A program made the position numbers and the translations under genes. Below, piece after piece: positions 20,005-29,178 of a stretch of 64,000 bases of DNA. The notes beneath the pieces are model-generated. The model was not told where the DNA came from and did no database searches. It saw only the letters and a program-made list of their open reading frames with translations. The stretch is from an uncultured Candidatus Rokubacteria bacterium (GTDB lineage Bacteria > Methylomirabilota > Methylomirabilia > Rokubacteriales > CSP1-6), in assembly GCA_963747235.1 (NCBI GenBank), contig CAVVEU010000033.1, positions 288,001 to 352,000 on the forward strand, in the 5' to 3' direction. The stretch's first letter is position 1; each line of letters begins with the position of its first letter.

Positions 20005-21290
20005 TACTTGTCGTGCTTGCCGATGATCTCGTTCGCCTTCTGCTCGGCGGTGGTCATGATCTCGGCGGACGTCTTGACGCCCAGCACCGCGGCCTCCAGA
20101 TTCGGCTGGATGACCTCACGCTGGATGTCGAACAGGGCGGGCGAGAACGGGAAGCGCTGCGCGGTCTTGAGCTGGTCGAGCGCGACTTTGTAATTTGGGT
20201 TGTCCTTGTAGAAGGACTGCATCGCGGGCGAGTTGATGGCGGACAGACGCACCGGCATGTACCCGGTGGCTTTCGAGAGCGAGATCGTCTGCTCGGGGTC
20301 GGTCATCCACTTGATGAAGGCCCAGCCCGCTTCCTTCTGGGCCGCCGGCGTATCCTTCAGCAGCACGAAGTAGGTGCCGCCGGTCGGCACCGCCGCCTTC
20401 GCCTTCGCGGGAAGGAAGGCGGTGCCCACCTTGAACTTGGCGTTCTCGGTCATGTAGTTCAGGAACGCGGTCGAGGTGAAGATCATGCCGACGCGCTGGT
20501 TGATGAAGTCGGTGTTGGCGACCTCCCAGGCGCTGTAGTCCTTGCCCGGGGGCTGCTTCATGGTCTTGTCCTTGTTCACCAGGTCCACCCAGAACTGGAG
20601 CGCCTCCTGGCCCTTCTCACGGAACGCGGCCTTCTTGCCGTCGGGGGACATCAGGGTCCCGCCCGCCTGGTGGAGCAGGCCGTACCAGAACCACCAGTCC
20701 ACCGGCACCTCGAAGCCGTACACCTTCGTGTCGCTGCCCTCGCGCACCGTCAGCTTGCCCGCGGCCGCGCGCAGCTCGTCCCAGGTCGCCGGCACCTTCA
20801 CGCCCTTCGCGGCCAGCATGTCGGCGTTGTAATAGAGGATGGGCGTGCTGCGAAAGAACGGCAGCGCGAAGAGGGGCGCCGCCGGCTTGCCCAGGTAGTC
20901 GAAGTAGCCGGCCTGGGTGAGGCCGGGCACGAAGTCGGCGAGGTCGGTGCCGTTCGGCCCCTTGGCGAACTCCTCCATGCTGTCGAGCATCCCGGCCTGC
21001 CACAGGTTGGGCAGCGCCTCGCCCACCACGTGGAACGCGGCCGGCGCGGTCTTGGTGATGGCGGCCGCGCGGATCTTGGCGAGGGCCTGGAAGTAGTCGC
21101 CCTGGAACGTGCCCTCGATCCGGTACTTCGACTGCGATTCGTTGAACTTCTTGATGTGGGCCTCGGTGACCTCACGGTTCTTGCCGCCGAACGAGTACCA
21201 GAACTGGGCGACGATGGGATCCGCCGCCAGCGCGGTCCCGGCCCAGCCGAGCACCACCGCCGCGAGCATGCCTGCCAGCATCCGCTTCAT
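20004..21290 (-). CDS. ABC substrate-binding protein (UgpB-like)
   Basis: Signal MKRMLAGMLAAVVLGWAGTALA; FNESQSKY...FQGDY, LPFFRSTPILYYNAD, PATWDEL, TGYMPVR. Confidence 0.88.
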   Translation of the reverse strand: MKRMLAGMLAAVVLGWAGTALAADPIVAQFWYSFGGKNREVTEAHIKKFNESQSKYRIEGTFQGDYFQALAKIRAAAITKTAPAAFHVVGEALPNLWQAGMLDSMEEFAKGPNGTDLADFVPGLTQAGYFDYLGKPAAPLFALPFFRSTPILYYNADMLAAKGVKVPATWDELRAAAGKLTVREGSDTKVYGFEVPVDWWFWYGLLHQAGGTLMSPDGKKAAFREKGQEALQFWVDLVNKDKTMKQPPGKDYSAWEVANTDFINQRVGMIFTSTAFLNYMTENAKFKVGTAFLPAKAKAAVPTGGTYFVLLKDTPAAQKEAGWAFIKWMTDPEQTISLSKATGYMPVRLSAINSPAMQSFYKDNPNYKVALDQLKTAQRFPFSPALFDIQREVIQPNLEAAVLGVKTSAEIMTTAEQKANEIIGKHDK

Positions 21291-22312
21291 GACGTCCCTC
21301 CTTTGGGGGTGAAGCAGGCCGCGGTGAGCTCGCGCTCGACGTCGCGCCCGCCGTAGACGATGCGATGCAGGGCGCGCAGCAGCGGCACGCCCCCGACCTT
21401 CCTCTCGCGCGCGAACCGCCAGCACCAGCGGATCGCCGCGTAGCCTTCCGTCAGCTCGTCCCGGTCCCGGAGGGTGGCCACCACGTCCTTCGTGGATCGC
21501 CCCGACCCGCGCAGCTCGCCGAAGATGCGATTGCGCCCGGCCATGCCGGTCACGTGCAGGTCGCCGGCGCCGCCCAGCCCGTACACGGTCCCGGGCCGCA
21601 TGCGCACGGTGCGCCCGATCCGGACGATCTCGCGCAGCGCCTGCGTGTAGAGCGCGGACTTGGTGTTGTACATCGCCTCCGCCCGCCCCGCCGCCACGAG
21701 GCCGTCGCAGAGCCCGATCGCGATCGCGTAGGCGTTCTTGAGCGCGGAGCACAGCTCGAGGCCGCGCTGGTCCGCGGTCTCCTCGACGCGATAGTACGGC
21801 GTCTCGAGCCAGCGGCGGAGGCGGCCGCGCAGGGCCGCCCGCGGCGAGGCGTACATCACCGCGGTGGGCACGCGGCGCGCCAGCTCCAGCGCCTTCGACG
21901 GCCCGCCCACCGTGACGATGGCGAGCCCGGTGGCCGCCGCGATCGCCTCGGAGAGCGTGACCGCCCGGCCCCGGCTCGCGGCCAGCCCCTTGGAGACACT
22001 CAGCACCGGCACGCCGGGCGCGAGGTGGCGGGCCGCGCGCGCGAGCACCGGGATCGCTCCGTCGGAGGTGACCGCGTTGACGACCAGCTCGGCGCCCGCG
22101 AGGGCGCGCGGCAGCTCGGTGGAGTCGAACACGGTCACCCCCGGGGGCAGGGCCATGCCGAGCTTGGGATGCTTGCCGCCCGCCCGGACCGCCCCGATCA
22201 GGCGGTCGTCGAGATGGGTGCCCCAGAGCGCGACGGCGTGACCGTTGTCGGTCGCGGGCACGGTGAGGGCCGCGCCCATGAAGCCCGCCCCGAGGATCGT
22301 GACCCGCGCCAT
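21287..22312 (-). CDS. NAD(P)H-dependent glycerol-3-phosphate dehydrogenase family protein (GpsA-like)
   Basis: ILGAGFMG, SVSKG, GGPSKALE, ALKNAYAI, GAGDLHVT, GRNR, TEG. Confidence 0.85.
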   Translation of the reverse strand: MARVTILGAGFMGAALTVPATDNGHAVALWGTHLDDRLIGAVRAGGKHPKLGMALPPGVTVFDSTELPRALAGAELVVNAVTSDGAIPVLARAARHLAPGVPVLSVSKGLAASRGRAVTLSEAIAAATGLAIVTVGGPSKALELARRVPTAVMYASPRAALRGRLRRWLETPYYRVEETADQRGLELCSALKNAYAIAIGLCDGLVAAGRAEAMYNTKSALYTQALREIVRIGRTVRMRPGTVYGLGGAGDLHVTGMAGRNRIFGELRGSGRSTKDVVATLRDRDELTEGYAAIRWCWRFARERKVGGVPLLRALHRIVYGGRDVERELTAACFTPKGGTS

Positions 22313-23775
22313 CAGGCGATCCGCCGCAGCGCCGGATAGAGCTGCCGGCGCGCGTCGAGCAGCGTCGCGTAGGTCGCCGCGCTCGCCGCGTCCGGCACGT
22401 GGCGCACGAGGGCGCCGCGCCAGCGCCGCGCCGCCTCCACCCCCGGGAGCAGGCCCACCGCCATGCCCGCGAGCAGCGCGCCGCCCGCGGGGGCGCCCCC
22501 GCCGGCGGGCACGTAGTGGAGCGGCACCCCGAGCGCGTCGCACAGGATCTGCCGCCACACCGCGCTGCGCGCGCCCCCGTTCACCGTGATGACCTCGCGC
22601 AGCCGGGGGCCGCTCTCGGCCGCGATCTCCGCGCAGTGGCGGAACGAGACCGCCACCGCTTCCAGCACCGCGCGGTAGAGGTGCCCGCGCCCGTGCGCGA
22701 GGGAGAGGCCGACGAACGCCCCGCGCGCGCCCGCGTCCCACACCGGCGTGCGCTCGCCCTGGAGATAGGGCAGGAGCCGCAGGCCGTCCGCGCCCGCCGG
22801 GGCGGCGGCCGCCTCGGCGTCGAGCGTCTCGAAGGCGGCGCCGGGGGCCGCCACCGAGCGGAACCACTCCTGCAGCGCGCCGGAGAGCGTGCCGCCCAGG
22901 GCGAGGAATCGATCACAGCCGACGTGATGCGAATTGATCAGCCGGGTGTCGAAGTCGGGAGCGTCGAGCGGCATGATCAAATTGCCCGCGGTGCCCAGCA
23001 TGAGGCAGGCCTCGCCCGGCTCGCTCACTCCCGCCGCGAGCGTGGACGCGGCGAAGTCCGCGCCCCCCACCGCGACCGGCGTCCCCTCGCGCAGGCCGGT
23101 CTCGCGCGCGGCGGCCGCGGTCACCCGCCCGGCGATGGCGTGGCTCGGCCGGATCTCGGGGAGCCAGGCCGGATCCACCCCCATGCGCGCGCACGTCTCC
23201 GCCGACCACGCGCGGGCCCGGCAATCGTAGAGCGGCGCGCAGAGCGCGGCCGAGGAGTAGTCGGTCACGCGCGCGCCGGTGAGACGGAGCACCGGGTAGC
23301 TGTGGGACTGGAGGATCGTGACCGGGCGCTCGAAGTGGCCGGGCTCGTGGCGCCGGAGCCAGGCGAGCTTGGGCCCGAGATAGTAGGCGTGGAACCGGTT
23401 GCCCGCGATTCGCTCGCCCTCCGGACCCACGCGCGCGGCGAGCGGCTCCACCTCCGCCTCGCTGCGCACGTCGAGCCACAGGATCGCGGGACGGAGCGGC
23501 CGGCCCGCGTCGTCCACCAGCAGCAGGGTCGGCGCCTGGCCGGTGATCGCGATGCCGTCGATGCGCGCGGGGCGGGCCGCGTCGGCGAGCGCGCGCAGGA
23601 TGCGGCACGTGGCGGTCCACCACACCTCCGCGTCGGCCTCGGCCCAGCCGGGACGGGGCACGTCGTGCCGGTAGGCGATCTCGGTCGCGGCGACGCGGCG
23701 GCCGTCCACATCGTAGGCTGCGCCCTTGGCGGAAGACGTGCCGATGTCGACACCGACGACGACGGAGGTGGCCAT
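22312..23775 (-). CDS. FGGY-family carbohydrate kinase (xylulokinase-like)
   Basis: GVDIGTSSAK, LRPAILWLDVRS, GGADF, LGTAG, LPYLQGERTP, GGARS..WRQI..D. Confidence 0.9.
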   Translation of the reverse strand: MATSVVVGVDIGTSSAKGAAYDVDGRRVAATEIAYRHDVPRPGWAEADAEVWWTATCRILRALADAARPARIDGIAITGQAPTLLLVDDAGRPLRPAILWLDVRSEAEVEPLAARVGPEGERIAGNRFHAYYLGPKLAWLRRHEPGHFERPVTILQSHSYPVLRLTGARVTDYSSAALCAPLYDCRARAWSAETCARMGVDPAWLPEIRPSHAIAGRVTAAAARETGLREGTPVAVGGADFAASTLAAGVSEPGEACLMLGTAGNLIMPLDAPDFDTRLINSHHVGCDRFLALGGTLSGALQEWFRSVAAPGAAFETLDAEAAAAPAGADGLRLLPYLQGERTPVWDAGARGAFVGLSLAHGRGHLYRAVLEAVAVSFRHCAEIAAESGPRLREVITVNGGARSAVWRQILCDALGVPLHYVPAGGGAPAGGALLAGMAVGLLPGVEAARRWRGALVRHVPDAASAATYATLLDARRQLYPALRRIA

Positions 23776-23840
23776 GGAGCCGGGCCATTATACGGGAAGC
23801 GCGCTTGCCCGGTTCGTGGCACTTCTGCTACAAGGAGTCG

Positions 23841-25140
23841 GTGACCACCCCGCCGCTCCTGATCATGCTGAGCATCGACGGCCTGCGGGCCGACTACGTG
23901 GACGACGCGACCCTCCACCTGCCCGCGCTGCGCGGGCTGATGGCCCGGGGGGCGCGCGCCACGCGCATGGCGCCGATCTTCCCGACCGTCACCTGGCCGT
24001 GCCACACCTCGATCGTCACCGGCGTCTCGCCCGCCCGCCACGGCATCCTCGGCAATCTCGTGTTCGACCGCGCGAGCGGACGGCCCGTCGAGCACTACGG
24101 CGACCGCACCGGCGCGCCGGTGCTCGCGCCGACCCTGTGGGACCGCCTGCACGCCCGCGGCGAGCGCACCGCGGGCGTGTGCTGGCCGAAGACCCGCGGA
24201 GTGGCCGCGGTGGCCGACAACATCCCCGAGTTCTACGAGCAGGAGCTGTTCGAGGAGTACGCCTCGCGCCCGCTGTGGACGGAGCTGGCCACCAAGGGCC
24301 TGCCGGTGCACCGCTACGGGCCGTGGAGCAAGCAGCACCCGCTCGGGCCCATGCAGGACTGGCTCTCGCTCGAGTCGGCGCGCCACATCCTGGCGGTGCG
24401 GCCGCCGCGGCTCCTGCTGCTGCACTTCCTGACGCTCGACTCCTTCCAGCACGACCACGGCATCGGGAGCCCCGAGGCGCGCTGGGCGCTCCTGCAGATG
24501 GACGCGCTCCTCGGTCGCCTGCTCGACTCCCTCGCCGAGCTGGGTCGGCTCGAGACCACGACCCTGATGGTCTTCGGCGATCACGGCTTCGTGGAGGTGA
24601 CGACGACCCATCACCTCAACCAGCTCCTCCGCGAGGAAGAGCTTCTCGAGGTGGATGGCGGCGGGCAGATCACGCGCCGCCAGGCGTGGGCCGCGGGCAA
24701 CGGCGGCTCCGCGCACGTCTACGTGCTCGACGGCGCGCCCCGCACCACGGTCGATCGCCTCGCGGAGCGATTCGGCGCGCTGCCCGGCGTGAGCGTGCTC
24801 GGCCCCGACCGCTACACCCGGATGGGCCTGCCCGCGCCGGCGCCGGGCTCGATGCAGGGCGACCTGATGCTCACCGGGGACGACGGCATCCTCTTCACCG
24901 GGCATCCCACCCCCGAGGCCGCGGCGCGCCGCGCCGGTGCTCCTCGCCGCCCACGGCCACGCACCCTCGCTGCCCAAGCTGAATGCCGCGTTCCTGATGG
25001 CGGGCCCCGGCGTGCGCGAGGGCGTGACGCTCGACGCGGTATCGATGCTCGACCTGGCCCCGACCGCCGCGCGCCTGCTCGGCGTGGACCTTCCGGGCGC
25101 CGAGGGCCAGCCGCTCGCCGGCGCGCTCGCCGCCCGGTGA
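23841..25140 (+). CDS. alkaline-phosphatase-superfamily nucleotide pyrophosphatase/phosphodiesterase, frameshift near 24935
   Basis: LSIDGLR, FPTVTWPCHTSIVTG (Thr nucleophile), GILGN, DSFQH, FGDHG, AHGH, LDLAPTAARLLG; no signal peptide. Confidence 0.88.
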
Positions 25141-25917
25141 AGGGCCTCCTGATCGCGGCGGGCCGGGGCCAGCGGCTCATGCCGCTGACCGACAACGTGC
25201 CGAAGTGCTATGCCCCCATCGGCGGCCGGCGCATCCTCGACTGGTGCGTGGAGGCCCTCGGCCACGCGGGCTGCCGGGACATCGTGTTCATCGGCGGCTA
25301 TCGCATGGAGCGCGTGCAGACCGAGTACCCGCGCTTCCGCTTCGTGCACAACCGCGACTGGGAGCGGAACAACATCCTGCTGTCGCTCTTCAGCGCGCGC
25401 GCCGAGATGACGGGCGGCTTCGTGTCGAGCTACGCCGACATCCTCTACACGCCGGACGCGGTGCGCCGCCTGGTGCGTCACCCCGCCGACATCGCGCTGC
25501 TGGTGGACACCGACTGGCGCGCGCGCTACCGGCCGCGCACCCAGCATCCGGAGTCCGACGGCGAGAAGGTGCGCCTGCACGGCGGACCGGATCACCGCGG
25601 TGGGCCGCCGCATCCCGCCCGACGAGGCGCCCGCCGAGTTCACCGGCGTGGCCAAGTTCAGCGCGGCGGGGGCCCGGCTCCTCCTCGAGCACTTCGATCG
25701 CGCGCGCGCCCGGTTCGACGGCCGCCCCTTCGGCAACTCGCCGAGCTTCCAGCGCGCCTACCTGATCGACCTGCTCCAGGCCATGCTCGCCGACGGCGTC
25801 CCCATGCACGCGGTGGAGACGTTCGGGGGCTACTTCGAGGTGGACACCACCGAGGACCACCGGCTGGCCTCGCGCGACTGGGACGTGTCGCGCCGCCGGG
25901 CCGCGCGCGGCCGATGA
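25137..25917 (+). CDS. phosphocholine-cytidylyltransferase-family (LicC/PntC/IPCT-like) NTP transferase, frameshift near 25590
   Basis: IAAGRGQRLMPLTDNVPKC, GGY, NNILLSL, SYADILY, EFTGVAKFS, EVDTTED. Confidence 0.85.
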
Positions 25918-26960
25918 GCCTGCCGCGGTTCCCCGCGTCGGTGGTGGGGAGCATGCCGCGCTCCGACTTCGTGCGCGATCTGCTCGATCGGCCCGAGACC
26001 GACCCGTCGCGGGCCGCGCTCATGGACGCGGCGGTGGGCTACGTGGTCGCGCTGCAGGAGGCGGCCGGCATCGACGTGATCTCCGACGGCGAGTGGCGGC
26101 GGCGCTCCTACATCGGCGTCATCGCGGAGATCATGCACGGCTTCGCGCGCGAGACGCGCGACGGGCTCTCCTGGCACACCGTGGTCGAGCCCATGACGCC
26201 GCGGCGGCCGGGCCTGCTCGGCGAGGAGGCCCGCTTCCTGGTGGGCCGCACGCGGCGGGCCACCAAGGTGGCCCTGCCCTCGCCGTACCTCCTCGCCCAG
26301 CGCATGTGGGATCCGGAGCGATCGCGCGCGGCGTACCCGACCCGCGAGGCCTTCATGCGCGCGCTGGTGCCGGTGCTTCGCGGCGAGCTCCTCGCGGTGA
26401 AGGCCGCCGGCGTCACGGTGGCCCAGTTCGACGACCCCCACCTGTGCCTGCTCGTGGATCCGAAGGTGCGCGCGGGCTTCGCCGATCCCGACGCGGAGGC
26501 CGCGCTCTGCGTGGACCTGCTCAACGAGATCGTGGCGGGCGTGGACGGCATCGGGACCGCGGTGCACCTCTGCCGGCGGAACAAGGCGCGCCAGGGCTGG
26601 ATCGGCGAGGGCGGCTACGACCCGATCCTGCCGTTCCTGCGCCGCCTCGACGTCCGGCAGTACGTGCTCGAGTTCACCATTCCCGTCGCGGGCGACTTCG
26701 CGGTGCTCCGCCAGCTCCCCGACGACCGGCAGATCGGGCTCGGCTGCGTGGACTGTCGCGGCGCCCAGATCGACACGCCGGAGGCCATCGCGGACCGGGT
26801 CGGCCAGGCCCTCCGCCACGTGGACGCGGAGCGCCTGTGGCTCAACCCGGATTGCGGATTCGCGCCGGGGAGCGCGGCCGACATCCCGATCGACGAGGCC
26901 TACGCCAAGCTCCGCAACGAGGCGGCGGCGGCCGAGCTGCTCCGCGCACGCCACCGCTAG
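25914..26960 (+). CDS. cobalamin-independent methionine synthase II (MetE C-terminal domain-like) Zn enzyme
   Basis: VVGSMPR, QEAAGIDVISDGEWRR, QFDDP, HLCRRN, LEF, NPDCGF (H-x-C, E, C zinc ligands). Confidence 0.88.
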   Translation: MSLPRFPASVVGSMPRSDFVRDLLDRPETDPSRAALMDAAVGYVVALQEAAGIDVISDGEWRRRSYIGVIAEIMHGFARETRDGLSWHTVVEPMTPRRPGLLGEEARFLVGRTRRATKVALPSPYLLAQRMWDPERSRAAYPTREAFMRALVPVLRGELLAVKAAGVTVAQFDDPHLCLLVDPKVRAGFADPDAEAALCVDLLNEIVAGVDGIGTAVHLCRRNKARQGWIGEGGYDPILPFLRRLDVRQYVLEFTIPVAGDFAVLRQLPDDRQIGLGCVDCRGAQIDTPEAIADRVGQALRHVDAERLWLNPDCGFAPGSAADIPIDEAYAKLRNEAAAAELLRARHR

Positions 26961-27769
26961 CGCGGCAGCGCGGCGGGCAGGTCGTAGGGCGGCGACACCA
27001 GGAGGATCAGGCGGTCGACGCCGACGCGCTCGAGGCGCGCGCGCTCGGGCGCCTCGGGGCGGAGCCACCGCGCGCTCAGACCCGCGAAGACGCTCACGCT
27101 GAAGCGCTTGGGATCGCGGCCCGACGCGGCGTGCGCCTCGCGCGCCACGCGGGCCAGCTCGGCCAGATCCGGGTGCATCGCCTGGGTGTTGAAGCCGTCG
27201 CCGTAGCGCCCCGCGATGCCGGCCATGCGCGGGCCGAAGCCCGCGATGATGATGGGCGGCGGCGGATCCGGCCGCAGAAACCCCGACGGCCGATCGAGCC
27301 GGAACTGCGCGCCCACGAAGCTCGAGTCGTCCCCGGTCCACAGGCGACGGAGCACCTGCGCGGTCTCGGCCACCCGCTCGGCGCGCACGCGATCCGGCGA
27401 GACCTCCATGTTGAGCGCCTCCTGCTCGCGCGCGTACGACATCGACCGCGTGGCGCCCGCGCCCAGGCCGAGGAGCAGGCGCCCGCCCGAGACCTGCTGC
27501 AGCGTGGCCGCCATGTTGGCGAGCAGGCCGGGATGCCGCAGGCCGGTGTTGAGCACGAGCGGGCCCAGCGTGAGGCGCCGCGTGGCCTCGGCCAGCGCGG
27601 TGAGCGTCGTCCACGCTTCGGGCACGCCGGCCTCCGCGCGCTCGTCGGGATCGCGCAGGTGATCCCAGGTCCAGAGGCCGTCGAAGCCGGCCTCCTCGGC
27701 GGCGAGCGCGGCCGCGCGCATCTCCGCGTAGCGGGCGCCGACGGGAATCAGGAGCAGATCGATCTTCAT
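26957..27769 (-). CDS. LLM-class flavin/F420-dependent oxidoreductase
   Basis: AEEAGFDGLWTWDH, EAWTTLTALA, LGPLV, GGRLLLGLGAG, GPRM. Confidence 0.88.
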   Translation of the reverse strand: MKIDLLLIPVGARYAEMRAAALAAEEAGFDGLWTWDHLRDPDERAEAGVPEAWTTLTALAEATRRLTLGPLVLNTGLRHPGLLANMAATLQQVSGGRLLLGLGAGATRSMSYAREQEALNMEVSPDRVRAERVAETAQVLRRLWTGDDSSFVGAQFRLDRPSGFLRPDPPPPIIIAGFGPRMAGIAGRYGDGFNTQAMHPDLAELARVAREAHAASGRDPKRFSVSVFAGLSARWLRPEAPERARLERVGVDRLILLVSPPYDLPAALPR

Positions 27770-27772
27770 GGA

Positions 27773-27807
27773 CCCCTCACCCTGCCCTCTCCCCGGAGGG
27801 GAGAGGG
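27773..27807 (-). repeat. boxC/REP-like palindromic intergenic repeat, copy 2
   Basis: Exact reverse complement of 6544-6578; fills the emrA-to-LLM spacer. Confidence 0.8.
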
Positions 27808-27809
27808 GG

Positions 27810-29141
27810 TTAGCGGATGGCGATGATCGGGACCGCGGACATGCCGGGCACCAGGAGGTGCTGGGCGTTCTCGCCGCGCTCGAACACGAGCTTGACCGGC
27901 ACGCGCTGCACCACCTTCACGAAGTTGCCGGTGGCGTTCTCGGGCGGCAGCAGCGAGAACACCGCGCCGGAGCCGGCCTGGATCGAATCCACGCGCGCCT
28001 TGAAGGTCTTGCCCGGGTAGGTGTCCACCGTGACGGTGGCGCGCTGGCCCGGGCGCACGTGGGTCAGCTCGGTCTCCTTGTAGTTGGCGACGACCCACAC
28101 GTCGTCGAGATCCACCACCGCGAGGAGCGACTGCCCCACCGACACCACCTGGCCCATCTCCACCGACTTGCGGCTCACGCGGCCCGGCATCGGCGCGCGG
28201 ATCGTGCAGTAGACCAGGTTCAGCTCCGCCTGCGCCAGGTTGGCGAGGGCCTGGGCGAGCCGGCCCTGCCCCGCCTCCACCTGGGCCTGGCGCTGCCGCA
28301 CCTGCTGGCGCTGGCTGCGCGCGTTCTGGAGCGACGCGCGGCTCTCGTCCACCCGGCTCACCGACTGGCGGATGGCGGCCTGCTGGGTCCGCAGCGACGC
28401 CTCGGCCTGGACGACCTCGCTGCGCGCCTGATCGAACCGCTTGCGGGCCGCGTCGAGCACCGCCTCCGCGGTCTTGAACGTGGCGTCCGCGTGCTCCCAC
28501 TCCTGCTGCGCGACCAGGTTCGCCTTCACCAGCGACGCCATGCGGTCGCGATCGTTCTTGCTGCGCTCGTAGTCGGCCTGCGCGGCGCGCACCGACGCGT
28601 CGGCCGCCGCCACCGCGGCCTGCTTGGCCTGGAGCACGCCGCGACGCTCGTCCAGATCGTGCCGCGCCATCTCGGTGCCGAACTGGGTGGCCCCGAGCGC
28701 GGCGTCCGCCTGCTGGACCAGGCTGCGGGTGGATTCATCGGTCAGCGGCACGCCCGCGACCGCGGTCTCCAGATCGCCCTTGGCGCTCGCGACCGCGGCG
28801 CGCGCCTGCGCCACCGCGACCTCGTAGTCGCGCGGATCGAGGCGCACCAGCACCTGGTCCGCCTTCACGTCCTGGTTGTCGTTGACGAGCACCTCGACCA
28901 CGATGCCCGGAATGCGCGCGCTCATGGGCGCGATGCGGGCGGTGATGTACGCGTCGTCGGTGGAGATGTGGTAGTGCCAGTAGTAGAGCAGGTAGCCCGA
29001 GTAGCCGGCCAGGCCGAGCACCACCACCACGATCGCGAGGAGGAGATAGCGGCGGCGCGGCGGCCCGTCCTGATAGGTCGAGAACCGGGCGCGCAGCCGC
29101 CCGGATATTCCCTCCTGGTCCAGGTCGGTCATTGGTTTCAT
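27810..29141 (-). CDS. emrA: HlyD-family periplasmic adaptor (EmrA-like)
   Basis: One TM, STDDAY, VNDNQDVK..QVLVRLDPRDY, long coiled coil, ANYKETEL, FSLLPPENATGNFVKVVQRVPV. Confidence 0.9.
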   Translation of the reverse strand: MKPMTDLDQEGISGRLRARFSTYQDGPPRRRYLLLAIVVVVLGLAGYSGYLLYYWHYHISTDDAYITARIAPMSARIPGIVVEVLVNDNQDVKADQVLVRLDPRDYEVAVAQARAAVASAKGDLETAVAGVPLTDESTRSLVQQADAALGATQFGTEMARHDLDERRGVLQAKQAAVAAADASVRAAQADYERSKNDRDRMASLVKANLVAQQEWEHADATFKTAEAVLDAARKRFDQARSEVVQAEASLRTQQAAIRQSVSRVDESRASLQNARSQRQQVRQRQAQVEAGQGRLAQALANLAQAELNLVYCTIRAPMPGRVSRKSVEMGQVVSVGQSLLAVVDLDDVWVVANYKETELTHVRPGQRATVTVDTYPGKTFKARVDSIQAGSGAVFSLLPPENATGNFVKVVQRVPVKLVFERGENAQHLLVPGMSAVPIIAIR

Positions 29142-29178
29142 GCTTATAATGGCGGGCGGCACCGATCCCCGTCAAGCA

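Noticed and set aside
23817-23832. TGGCAC-containing possible sigma54 site
   Set aside because: GC is not 10 nt from GG; spacing is incompatible
25137-25917. Phosphonate biosynthesis cluster (PntC-like cytidylyltransferase)
   Set aside because: No PEP mutase, phosphonopyruvate decarboxylase or aminotransferase adjacent
23805-26960. 1051-aa trifunctional phosphodiesterase-cytidylyltransferase-MetE fusion
   Set aside because: Single-base indels near 24935 and 25590 bring three GTGA/ATGA-overlapped genes into one frame; the true C-termini lie in another frame
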